Source: Candidatus Eiseniibacteriota bacterium
GTDB taxonomy: Bacteria > Eisenbacteria > RBG-16-71-46
Direction of reading: 5' to 3'
Length of the DNA stretch: 64,000 bases
Assembly (NCBI GenBank): GCA_963717505.1
Contig: OY970342.1
Coordinates: 192,001-256,000 of the forward strand
A model generated the notes under the pieces. That model saw nothing but the letters and a program-made list of their open reading frames with translations, was not told the origin of the DNA and did no database searches. The translations under genes and the position numbers were made by a program. Below, in pieces: positions 31,602 through 45,443 of the stretch (position 1 is its first letter; every line of letters begins with the position of its first letter).

Positions 31602-32997
31602 TCACTGGCCTGCCGCGGTCTCGACCTCGAGTGCGTGCTCGTCATCGACCCGCACGCGCTCGAGCGGGCCGATCAGCCGCGCCCGCACGCGCCACAACAG
31701 GAACGCGGCGACACCCGCCAGACCGGCGACGAAGCCCCACCACAGGCCGACCACGCCACCGCCCTCTCGAAAACCGAGCCACAGGCTGACCGGCATGCCC
31801 ATCAGCCAGAAGCCGAGGATGTTGACCACCATCGGAGCCCGCGTGTCGCCGATGCCGCGCAGGATCCCGGTCGCCACCACCTGCAGGCCGTCGAACACCT
31901 GGAACACGCCGGCGATCGGGATCAACGCCGCGGCCACCGCCACCACCCCCGGCACCGAGGTGTAGAGCCGCGCGAGCAGCTCGGGGATTGCCAGCATCAT
32001 CCCGGCGCAGGCGCCCATGAACACGGCGCCCACGATCAGCGCCGCGGTCGCAACCCGTCGCGCCTGGAGCGCGTCGCCCTCGCCCACCGCGTGCCCGACC
32101 ATGACTGATGCCGCGCTCGAGACGCCGAGCGGCACCATGAAGGTCAGCGACGCCAGGTTGATCGCGACCTGGTGGCCGGCCACCGACTCGGTGCCGAACC
32201 AGCCGGCGAGCAGGGCGATCACGGCGAAGGCGCCGAATTCGAGCGTGAACTGGATGCCGATCGGCGCCCCAATTCGCAGCGTGCGCCACATCGGGCCGGC
32301 GCGCAGCGTGTCGCGATCGACCGGCAGCAGAATTTCCCTCAACCGCCGCCAGGTCAACGACACCAGCAGAACCAGCATGAACCAGCGGCCGATCACGGTC
32401 GCCAGCGCCGAGCCGGCCGAGCCCATCGCCGGCGAACCCAGGTGCCCGAACACGAAAGTCCAATTCAGTCCCAGGTTCAACAGGTTGGCGGCGACGATGG
32501 TGATCACGATCGCCCCGACCTGGCGCATCGCCTGCAGGCTCTGGCGCAGTACGACCACCACGAAGAACGGCAGCATGCCCGGAATCGAGATCCAGACGAA
32601 CCTCGCGGCCAGCGGTACCACGTCGGCCGGCTGCCGCAACGCACCGAGGATCACATCGGCCGGCAGGCACAGCAGGGCCGCAGGCAGACTGAGAAGCACG
32701 CCCGAGCGCGACCCCGCGTTGTACGCCGCGCGCGACCGCGCGCGTGTCGCGGGCGCCGACCGCCTGCGACACGATCGGGTCCACGGACATCAAGCAGCCC
32801 ATGCCGAACGCTGCCAGCCCGAAGAAGTAGAGATTTCCGAGCGCGACAGCGGCCAGGTCGCGGGCCGAGACCCGCCCGACCACGATGGTGTCGACCACGC
32901 CCATGAGCATGAGCCCGACCTGGACGGCGACGATCGGCACCGCGAGCCGGAAGAGCGCGCGGGTGTCGGCGGCGGTGGGCAGGAACGTGCGGAGCAT
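31602..32997 (-). CDS. MATE family efflux transporter (NorM-like); frameshift ~32700
   Basis: LAVPI..MGVVDTIVVGR..LAAVALG, QAVGA, AGHQVAIN..FMVPLG, FQVFDGLQ..GILRG.GDT. Confidence 0.88.
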
Positions 32998-33041
32998 GGG
33001 CCGGGAGTGGTCTCAGAACCGGCCCGGCCGGCGCAACTCCT

Positions 33042-33068
33042 GTTCGTCCGCCGCCCCTCGGCCGTAGG
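33042..33068 (+). promoter_or_regulatory. Putative ECF promoter GTTCG-N16-CGTAGG, copy 3
   Basis: GTTCG-tccgccgcccctcggc-CGTAGG, ending 7 nt before ATG 33076. Confidence 0.65.
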
Positions 33069-33075
33069 TGCTTTC

Positions 33076-33849
33076 ATGGGACGTATCCTCCTCGAGCTTC
33101 GTGCCCGCTGGTCGGCCCACTTCGCAGACTGGGAGTGTTCAGGCGGCCATTACGATCGGGCCGAGCGCATGCTACGGGCCGCTCTGGCGCTGGCCGAGCG
33201 CGCGGGGTCGGATCCTTCGCTGCGCCTGGCGCTGTTCAACAGCCTCGGAGTCGTCCACAAGTACCAGGCACGTTACGCAGACAGTCGACGAGCCTACCGC
33301 GAGGCACTCATGATCGTGCGCGCCCAAATCGGACGCGAGCACCCTCTGCCCCCGGCGCTCTACCACAACCTGGGCGGGCTCGAGCACGCACGCGGGAGAT
33401 TCGCGCGTGGCGAAGTGCTGGCGCGCCGCGGACTCGCCCTGCGCGAGCGCGCGCTGGGTCGCGAGCACCTCGACGTGGCCCGCGATCTGGAGGCGTTGGC
33501 CGCCATCGTGGATGGGCGCAAGCGGCATCGTGAGGCCGAGGCGCTCCACCGGCGAGCGCTCGCCATTTTCCAGCACCGACTTCGGGCCGAGCATCCGGAT
33601 ACGGCCGCCGCACTCGCCAATCTGGCGGCGTGCCTTCACTTCCAGGGGCGCTCGACCGAGGCCGAGTGTGTAGGCCTGCAGGCCGTGGCCATGAGCCGCA
33701 GAATCCTGGGCGCGACCCATCCCGAAACCCAGGCGGCCGAGGCGAATCTTGCCGTCATCCAGAGCACGCGCGTCCCCGGCCGCGGCTCCGAGGAAGTGGG
33801 GCCGACCCTCGGGGCGCCGCTCGGTTCGCCCGCGCCGACTCGGCTGTAA
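33076..33849 (+). CDS. Tetratricopeptide repeat protein (TPR_12 / kinesin-light-chain type)
   Basis: Repeats of the form NSLG..A..I....G.EHP..A..NL. Confidence 0.85.
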   Translation: MGRILLELRARWSAHFADWECSGGHYDRAERMLRAALALAERAGSDPSLRLALFNSLGVVHKYQARYADSRRAYREALMIVRAQIGREHPLPPALYHNLGGLEHARGRFARGEVLARRGLALRERALGREHLDVARDLEALAAIVDGRKRHREAEALHRRALAIFQHRLRAEHPDTAAALANLAACLHFQGRSTEAECVGLQAVAMSRRILGATHPETQAAEANLAVIQSTRVPGRGSEEVGPTLGAPLGSPAPTRL

Positions 33850-33936
33850 GGCTGCCGGCGCGCAGCCTCGTACTCCTGCGCTGATCGGCAAACACAGCGG
33901 ATTCCCAGAGCCGCAGCCGGGGGCTAGAATCGGCGT

Positions 33937-34545
33937 GTGCCGCCCCCTCCCGAAAGGGCTGATCCTTCGACGACCAGCCCGGTGCTCTCGACCCGGGAAC
34001 TCCTGCGACTCGCCAAGGACGGCGACTCGCTCGCGCAGGAGCGTCTCTTCGCCCGCTACCTGCCCCGTCTGGCCCGCTGGGCGAGCGGCCGCCTGCCGAT
34101 GTACGCCCGCTCGATGCTCGACACCTCGGATCTGGTCCAGGAGACCCTGATGCGGGTGTTCACCGGGCTCGATCGAATCGAGGTCCGCGGGCCTGGTGGT
34201 TTCCAGGCCTATGTTCGCCAGGCGGTGCTCAACCGTATCAGGGATGAAGTGCGGAAGGCCGCCCTGCGGCCCGGCCCGGACGGAGTGCCCGAGTCGCTGC
34301 CGGATCCGGCGGCTTCGCCGCTCGAGAATGCGATCGGCGCCGACGTGCTCGAGCGATTCGAGCGGGCGCTAGCCACGCTGGATGAAGACGATCAAGAGGT
34401 GCTGCATCTGCGCATCGAGCTCGGCTTCGAATACCAGGAGATCGCCGAGATGACCGGACGACCGAGTCGCGACGCGGCGCGCATGGCGGTGCAGAGAGCC
34501 CTGGCGCGACTGGCGGAGGGAATGGCGGTGACTCATGAGCGCTGA
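33937..34545 (+). CDS. ECF sigma factor, kinase-associated type
   Basis: Sigma2 LFARY..DTSDLVQE..NRIRD, sigma4 YQEIAE..AVQRALARL. Overlaps the kinase start; no anti-sigma gene nearby. Confidence 0.92.
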   Translation: MPPPPERADPSTTSPVLSTRELLRLAKDGDSLAQERLFARYLPRLARWASGRLPMYARSMLDTSDLVQETLMRVFTGLDRIEVRGPGGFQAYVRQAVLNRIRDEVRKAALRPGPDGVPESLPDPAASPLENAIGADVLERFERALATLDEDDQEVLHLRIELGFEYQEIAEMTGRPSRDAARMAVQRALARLAEGMAVTHER

Positions 34546-36238
34546 CCAGGACCTGTTCCAGCATCTGCTCGACTCGGTTTCGGACGGCAAGCCGGTCCAC
34601 GACGACGCGGGGCGGAACGCCAGCGAGCCCATGCGCGCGCGGATCGCGGCGGTCCATCAGCTGGCAAGAATCTCCGAGTTCAACCGCCGGCTCCAGCAAG
34701 TACCCGCAACACCCTCCCCCGAGCGATGGGGCGGGCTCGTGGTCCTCGAGCCGATCGGCGTCGGGTCCCGCGGCCACGTGTTCCGGGCCTGGGATCCGAC
34801 CCTCCAGCGCGAGGTCGCGCTCAAGCTGCTCCGCCCCGGATCCGACGAAGGCACGCTCATGGACGAAGGTCGCGCCGCAGCGCGCATCCGCCATCCGAAC
34901 GTCGTCACCGTGCTCGGCATCGACCGCCACGACGGACAGATCGGGATGTGGATGGAGCTGGTGCGCGGCACGAGCCTCGAGCAAGAGGTTCGCGACCGCG
35001 GCGCGCTCGCGGCTCGAGACGCGATCCAGACTCGGACTTCAGATCGCCTCGGCCCTGGCCGCGGTCCACGCCCAGGGGATCCTCCATCGCGACATCAAGC
35101 CGGCCAACGTGATCCGCGACTCCGAGAGTCGGTTCGTGCTCGCCGACTTCGGGCTCGGCCGGCGTTGGAACCTGGAAGCGCTCGAGTCCGCGGCACCCTC
35201 GGGCACACCGATGTACATGGCCCCGGAGCTGCTCGCCGGAGGCCCGGCGACCGAGCGCACCGACGTCTACGCGCTGGGCATGCTGCTTTGGTTCGCGCTC
35301 GCGGGCCGACATCCCTTCGAAGTTGGCTCGCTGGACGAGCTGTCGAGGCTGGCCCGGCTCGGCCCAAGACCCCGGCTCCGCGAGATACGCCCCGATCTCC
35401 CAGAGGCGCTGGTGGCGGTGGTCGAGCGCGCGATCGCTCCCGAGCCCCAGGCCCGCTTGGCGCGGGCTCGCGATTTGGAAGAGGCGCTGAAGTCGGTCTC
35501 GATTCCGGTCGCATCGACGACGCGGTGGCGGGCGCCGATCTTCGCCGCCGCGGCCATCCTCATACTCGTGGTCGCGGCGGCGTGGTTTGCGCTGCGGCCG
35601 TCTGCGCGCAGCACCCCCGACGTGGCGTCGCCGCCTGCCGGAACATTGATTCAGCCCGCGATCTTCGACATCGAAGCCTCGTTCCTGCGGCGCGACTCGC
35701 GAGGCTCGACCCGGCTACTGACCGGGGATCGGGTGCGGCCCGGGGATCGACTGTCGCTCGAGGTCCACGCGACGCAACCGATCTGGGTGTACGTGCTCAA
35801 CGAAGACGAACGCGGCGAGCACTTTCTGTTGTTCCCTCAGCCGATCTTCGACGTCAGGAACCCGCTCACCGCGAATTCCGACATCGTCCTGCCGGGACCG
35901 ATCGCCGGTCGAGAGAACGCGTGGACGGTGACCAGTGCCGGCGGTCGTGAGCACTTCCTGGTGGTCGCCGCGCTCGAGCCAGTGGCCGAGCTCGAGTCCG
36001 AGCTCGCGCATCTCCCGGCCGCCGAGCCCGGTCGGCCGGTTCGCTACGCCGAGCGTGTCGCCGCCCACGATTCAGGTGTTGCGCGGGGTCGGCGGCGTCG
36101 AGGAAGCGCCGGCGGAGCCGACCTCCCCAGCCGGAAGCCGCACGGGCGTTCGATCGCTTCCGATCGCTGGCCGGCCGCGAATCCGAGGTGCGCGGGGTCT
36201 GGGTGCGCCAGGTGGTGCTCGAGAATCCCGCCCCCTGA
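34535..36238 (+). CDS. Membrane Ser/Thr protein kinase with extracytoplasmic DUF4384-like domain; frameshifts ~35030, ~36050, ~36145
   Basis: IGVGSRG, VALKLL, HRDIKPANV, ADFGL, GTPMYMAPE, DVYALG, one TM, GDRL..VYVLNED..LLFP. Reconstructed end ..LRGVGGVE..GVWVRQVVLENPAP*. Confidence 0.85.
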
Positions 36239-36442
36239 ACCGCGGCGTCGTGCGCAACGTTCCAACAATTTGCGTTCCCTCCCCCGGGGCGGTCCACCCA
36301 CCCCTTCCACTGGGCGGCCTTCGTCGCCAGCGGCGAATAGGCGCCCGGACGCCGCCGGCCCCCGGGAATAGCGGGGCGGGGCCGGCGTACAGGACTCCGA
36401 ACGGCGCGGTTCCTTGCCCGCCGCGCCGACACGGAGGAAGCC

Positions 36443-37345
36443 ATGAACCGCACCCCCAGCAACCGCACCACGGCCTCGATCCTCGCGGTCGCGGCCCTCG
36501 TCGTGGGCGTGCAGACTGCCTGCGCCTACGAACGCATCGCCCGCACTTCGACCCCGCACTACGAGGTCGACGGCAACCTGGTCGACGTCCAGATCCAGGT
36601 CGACGGGGCGAGCGCCCCCTTCTACTTCAAGCCCGGAACCTGGAATCGTCACTACTTCCAGGCCTTCAAGGGACGCAATTACTCGGTCGTCGTGCGCAAC
36701 AACAGCGCCCGCCGCGTCGGTGTCTTGATCGCGGTCGACGGACTGAACGTGGTCAACGGCGAGATCACCCGTCGCGCCCACGATGAGCCGATGTACGTGC
36801 TCGGGCCCTACGAGCGCGCTGTGATCCGTGGCTGGCGCACATCGCTCGACGACATTCGCCGTTTCGTGTTCGTCGACGAGCATCGCTCGTATGCCGAACG
36901 CTCGGGGAAAGCGACCGGCGACCTGGGCTGGATCCGGGTGCTGGCGTTCCGCGAGAGCGAGCCTTGGCCGCGGCTCAAGCTCTTCAACGATCGGCCCCGG
37001 CCCACGGAAGACGAGCTGGGCGCCAATGAAGGCCGGGACGACTCGAACGCCCCGACCCCGCCGCCGACGGCCGGACGCGAAGAGCCCCGCGCTCAGGCTC
37101 AGAAGGAGTCCCAGGGCGACACGCGCGGGCCCGCGGCGGCGAATCCGGGGACCGGCTGGGGCGAGCATCGCAACGATCCGGTGCGCGAGGTCGACTTCCA
37201 GCCGGTGAACCGGCCGACCGACCACCTGGTCATGCGCTACGAGTACGCGTCCGGACTCCAGGCGCTCGGGATCTACCCGCGCGGCGACCGGACGTGGGAA
37301 CGCGAACGGGGCGAACTGGGATTCGCGCAGCCTCCGCGCCGATAG
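36443..37345 (+). CDS. Conserved exported hypothetical protein
   Basis: SD GGAGG, signal peptide, Y...VRN..VDGLNV..GWR..F.F, low-complexity linker, GTGWGE. Confidence 0.8.
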   Translation: MNRTPSNRTTASILAVAALVVGVQTACAYERIARTSTPHYEVDGNLVDVQIQVDGASAPFYFKPGTWNRHYFQAFKGRNYSVVVRNNSARRVGVLIAVDGLNVVNGEITRRAHDEPMYVLGPYERAVIRGWRTSLDDIRRFVFVDEHRSYAERSGKATGDLGWIRVLAFRESEPWPRLKLFNDRPRPTEDELGANEGRDDSNAPTPPPTAGREEPRAQAQKESQGDTRGPAAANPGTGWGEHRNDPVREVDFQPVNRPTDHLVMRYEYASGLQALGIYPRGDRTWERERGELGFAQPPRR

Positions 37346-37370
37346 TCCCAGGGACAGGCGTCCCGCATCG

Positions 37371-37405
37371 AGCGCCGGGTCTGGACGACCCGGCGCTTCG
37401 CGTTT
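37371..37405 (+). terminator. Probable intrinsic terminator
   Basis: 10-bp stem AGCGCCGGGT / ACCCGGCGCT followed by a weak T-tract. Confidence 0.5.
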
Positions 37406-37465
37406 GCGGACGAAGCGCGATTCCTGAGACAGTTACGGACCTCGGCGGCCGCGTACGGGTAATAC

Positions 37466-38476
37466 ATGTTCCATCGCGCCGCCAGAAGGCTTCTCATGAC
37501 TCGATCCTGCCGCTCGTTGTTCTGGGCGGCCTCCATGTTGCTCGCAACGCCATGCCTGAGCCCGCAGGTGGCGCATGCGACCAACCCGCCCGTCTTCCTG
37601 CTCGAGTGGGGCACTCCGGGCACCCTTCCCGGACAGTTCGATCGTGTCGCCGGCATCGCCGTCGATCCCACGGGCAACGTCTACGTCGCGGACTCCGACC
37701 TCGGCCTGGTTAGCAAGTTCACCCCTGAAGGCGAGTACCTGCTCTACCTCGGGTGCTGTTACGGCGAGCTGCAACGACCGATCGGCGTCGCCGCCAACCA
37801 GAATGGCTCGATCTACGTGCTCGACTACGGCGCGCACCGTGTGCTGCGCTACAGCACAGAGGGACTGTTCCAGCTCTACTGGGGGGATCACGGCCTGGAC
37901 CCCGGAGAATTCCACTATCCAACCGACGTCGAGGTCGACCCTGAAGGCAACGTCTGGATCGTGGACCAGCAGAATCATCGGATCCAGAAATTCACCGCAG
38001 ACGGTCAGTTCCTGTTCCTGATCGGCGGCCCCAATTCGGGCATCGGGCCGGGTGAGTTCGGAGCGCCGTTCGGCATCGCGTTCGACGACCACGGCACCGC
38101 GTACGTCTCGGATCAGAACAACTCGCGTATTCAGAAGTTCAACTTGGCCGGCGAGTTTCAGGGTGAGTGGTCGACGCTCGGCTCGGACCTTCTAGGACCG
38201 ACCGGCATCGCCGTGGGCCCGGACGGCAACGTCTACGTCACCGATACCCACAACGAGCGCGTGATGGTGTTCACCGGATCGGGATCTCTGGTCACCGAGT
38301 GGGGCGGCAAAGGGTCGGATCCGGGCCAGTTCGAGTTCCCGGTCAATCTGGCGGTCGACCACCACGGGAACATCTACGTCGGCGACGTCGCGAACTACCG
38401 GATCCAGAAGTTCGGGCAGAAGACGACTTCGGCGAAGCGTGCCTCGTGGGGAGAGGTCCGGCGGCGCTATCGGTGA
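37466..38476 (+). CDS. Secreted NHL-repeat six-bladed beta-propeller with C-terminal SWGEVRRRYR tail
   Basis: Six GQF..P.GIAVD..GNVYV.D..N.RIQKF repeats and a signal peptide; the start may be ATG 37496. Confidence 0.88.
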   Translation: MFHRAARRLLMTRSCRSLFWAASMLLATPCLSPQVAHATNPPVFLLEWGTPGTLPGQFDRVAGIAVDPTGNVYVADSDLGLVSKFTPEGEYLLYLGCCYGELQRPIGVAANQNGSIYVLDYGAHRVLRYSTEGLFQLYWGDHGLDPGEFHYPTDVEVDPEGNVWIVDQQNHRIQKFTADGQFLFLIGGPNSGIGPGEFGAPFGIAFDDHGTAYVSDQNNSRIQKFNLAGEFQGEWSTLGSDLLGPTGIAVGPDGNVYVTDTHNERVMVFTGSGSLVTEWGGKGSDPGQFEFPVNLAVDHHGNIYVGDVANYRIQKFGQKTTSAKRASWGEVRRRYR

Positions 38477-38592
38477 CGCCGCTCCACTGGGACTCAGCCC
38501 TCGCTGGTCTTCGGCCGATACCGATGCCGTCACCCGGTCGCTTGTCGATCCTGCATCCACCCACTAGGCTCTCGCGTCCCGTGATACGTCCG

Positions 38593-38928
38593 ATGATCCG
38601 TCGCATGCTGGTGCTCGCGTTCCTCGCCTGGAACGTCCTCGCGCTGCCTTCGCTGTGCAGCTCGGGTGCCCTCGAGCACGCTTGCGCGTGTGGCGTGTCG
38701 GACAGCTGCGGTCACGAAACGCGCTGCGCCGGCGATCCCTGCTCGTTCGCAAGGCCTGCGAACGACGGCAAGGCGACACTGACGCTCCACCATGCGCACT
38801 CGGCGCTCGTGGTTCTGCCCCTCGGTGGGCCCGCGACGACGGCCCTTCGGCTCGCGTCCCGACCTCAGACGCGTCCCCTTCCGCCACCCTCCGCACTCGA
38901 ACCAGGAGCGCGTCCGCTCCTCGCCTGA
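38593..38928 (+). CDS. Small exported Cys/His-rich protein (CzcI/DUF2946-like)
   Basis: Signal-like N-terminus, HACAC..CGHE..C..DPC, HHAH, Pro-rich end. First gene before czcC. Confidence 0.6.
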   Translation: MIRRMLVLAFLAWNVLALPSLCSSGALEHACACGVSDSCGHETRCAGDPCSFARPANDGKATLTLHHAHSALVVLPLGGPATTALRLASRPQTRPLPPPSALEPGARPLLA

Positions 38929-39032
38929 TTCCCGGCGCCGTCCCCGCCCTTCGCGGCGCGGGACGTGAGTCCTGCTCGCGCGCGGCAGCACGGTCGTTCT
39001 GCCGCGCACCACCGCACACCGGGAATCCCCTC

Positions 39033-40328
39033 ATGAGTCATTCTGTCCTTGTCTTTGTCTTGGTCTTGGGCATGTCGTTGTTCGCGCAGACTGCGTCGGG
39101 CCAAGCGCCCGCCCCCAGCCCACCACCGCCGGAGATGCCCCGCGACCTCACGCTTGCCGGCGCGGTCCGGCTGGCGCTCGAGGCCAACCCCGGCCTGCGC
39201 TCGCTCGGCCTCGAAGTCCGCAGGGCCGAGGGGCGAACGCGTCAGGCCGGCGCGTGGCCCAATCCCGCGCTGGCCTTCGATCTCGAGAACGCCGGCGGCA
39301 CCTTGCCCGGCCTGTCCGAGTCCGAAGCGACTTTGTCGGTCGGACAGCTCCTGGAGCTGGGTGGCAAGCGTGGCGCCCGGGTCGATGCCGCCCGCGCGGA
39401 CGAACGGGTCGCGAGCATCGAGGTCGACGCCGGCCGGCAGGCGCTGATCGCCGAGGTCGCCACCCGCTACCTCGAGGCCCTGTCCGCCGATCGAGCCCTG
39501 GCTCTGTCCGACGAGGTCGTTCGCGCCGCGGAAGAGGCGTCCCGGACGTTCTCGCAGCGAGTCGCCGCGGGCGGATCCCACCCGGTCGAGAAGCGTCGAG
39601 CCGACGTCGAACTGGCCAGCGCCAAACTGGATCGCATCGAGCTCGAGGTCGAAACGCACCTGGCCCGCACCCGGCTTTCGTTGCTCTGGGGTGAAGGCGA
39701 ACCGCGCTTCGAGAATCTGCTCGGCGCGCTCGACAGCCTGCCCAATGCGCCGGACGCCGACTCGCTGGCGCACCGCGCCGAGACCTCGCCGGCGCTCGCC
39801 CGCTGGGCCGCCCTACGCGAAGCGCGACGCATGCGCCTCGACCTCGAGCGCGCCCGCGGGACGCCTGACCTGACCGCCGAGGCCGGATTGCGATCACTCG
39901 AAGGCAGCGACGATCGGACTTTTGTCGGCAGCCTGTCGATGCCACTTCCGATCTTCGACCGCAATCGCGGCAGCATCGATGAGGCCACCGCGGCGCTCGA
40001 GCAAACGTCGAGCCACGAGGCGATCGCGCGGCTCGAGATCCGCCGAGCAGTCGGCGAAGCCTTGGCGACCCTGCGGCGCGAGCATCTGCGGCTCGAGTCG
40101 CTGCGCCGCGACGTGCTGCCGGAGGCCGCCCACGCCTTCGAAGAGATGCGTCTGGGCTTCGAACGCGGCCGTTTCACATACCTGGATCTGCTCGAAGCAC
40201 GACGAACCTGGATCCGCGCCCGGCGCCAGGAACTGGCCACGCTGCTGGCCGGGCACCTGGCGGTCGCAGAGATCGAGCGACTGATCGGCGGTCCACTCAC
40301 CGCGTCGCATGGAGGGTCCCAGGAATGA
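39033..40328 (+). CDS. czcC: Heavy-metal efflux outer-membrane factor (TolC family)
   Basis: ALEANP, PNP, LELGGKR, PLPIFDRNRG, G..YLDLLEA. Confidence 0.88.
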   Translation: MSHSVLVFVLVLGMSLFAQTASGQAPAPSPPPPEMPRDLTLAGAVRLALEANPGLRSLGLEVRRAEGRTRQAGAWPNPALAFDLENAGGTLPGLSESEATLSVGQLLELGGKRGARVDAARADERVASIEVDAGRQALIAEVATRYLEALSADRALALSDEVVRAAEEASRTFSQRVAAGGSHPVEKRRADVELASAKLDRIELEVETHLARTRLSLLWGEGEPRFENLLGALDSLPNAPDADSLAHRAETSPALARWAALREARRMRLDLERARGTPDLTAEAGLRSLEGSDDRTFVGSLSMPLPIFDRNRGSIDEATAALEQTSSHEAIARLEIRRAVGEALATLRREHLRLESLRRDVLPEAAHAFEEMRLGFERGRFTYLDLLEARRTWIRARRQELATLLAGHLAVAEIERLIGGPLTASHGGSQE

Positions 40329-41297
40329 ACCGGTTGCGATGGCTCTCAACGCTCGGGTGCGCGCTCGCGATCCTATCGGCCGGCTGCGCCGGGCGAAGCG
40401 CCGAATCAAAGCACGAAAACGACGACGCTAGAGAAGCGGCCGCACATTCTGAAAGTCATGAGGCGCATGAGGAAGAAAGTTCTCATGTCGAGCTTTCCGC
40501 CGAGGCGCGTGTGGCGTCGGGCATCGAGGTCGAATCCGCCGCGGCACGAACGATTCGCGTGACACTCGATCTCCCCGGAGAAGTCGTTCCCAACGCCGAT
40601 CGGCTCGCGCACATCGTGCCCCGCTTCCCCGGGATCGCCCGCGAGGTCCGCAAGGGGCTCGGGGACCCGGTCCAGGAGGGAGAGACCCTGGCGATCATCG
40701 AAGGCAATCAGAGCATGGCCACCTACGAGGTGCGTTCGCTGATCTCGGGCACGGTGATCGAGAAGCACGTAACGCTCGGCGAGTTCGTCCGCGACGACCA
40801 GGATATCTACGTGGTCGCAGATCTCTCGACGGTCTGGGTCAACATCGCGATATACGCACGCGACGTTCACCGCACCCGGCGCGGGCAGCGGGTCACGGTC
40901 GCGGCGGTCGGCGAAGGTCCCACCGCCGATGGCAGGATCGACTACATCGGATCGGTGGTCGGCGAGTCGACACGGGCCGCCACGGCTCGCGTCGTGCTCG
41001 ACAACGCCGAACAACGATGGCGGCCGGGCACGTTCGTCACTGCGCGCATCGCGATCGCCGAGCAGCCGGCGCGCGGTCGCCGTTCCCGATCGTGCGATCC
41101 AACGACTCGAGGGCCGCGACTGCTTGTTCGTCGAGGAAGGGGACGGTTTCCTCGCGAAACCGGTGAGCTTGGGCGCCACCGACGGCGAATGGATCGAAGT
41201 CCTCTCGGGAATCGAGCCTGGAGAGCGGGTCGTGGTGCGCGGCGGCTTCATCCTCAAATCCGAGCTGCAGAAGTCCGAAGCCGGGCACGAGCACTGA
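40325..41297 (+). CDS. czcB: RND periplasmic adaptor, His-rich lipoprotein; frameshift ~41072
   Basis: Lipobox LSAGC, ADLSTVWV, WRPGTFV, second frame AVPDRAIQ..GERVVVRGGF.LKSE..GHEH. Confidence 0.85.
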
Positions 41298-41304
41298 GGC
41301 GCGC

Positions 41305-45443
<4,139 letters not shown>

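Noticed and set aside
31602-32997. MATE transporter as the exporter of the NHN peptide
   Set aside because: The precursor has a Sec-type signal, the MATE gene lacks the shared promoter, and it looks like an ordinary NorM homologue; position alone is insufficient.
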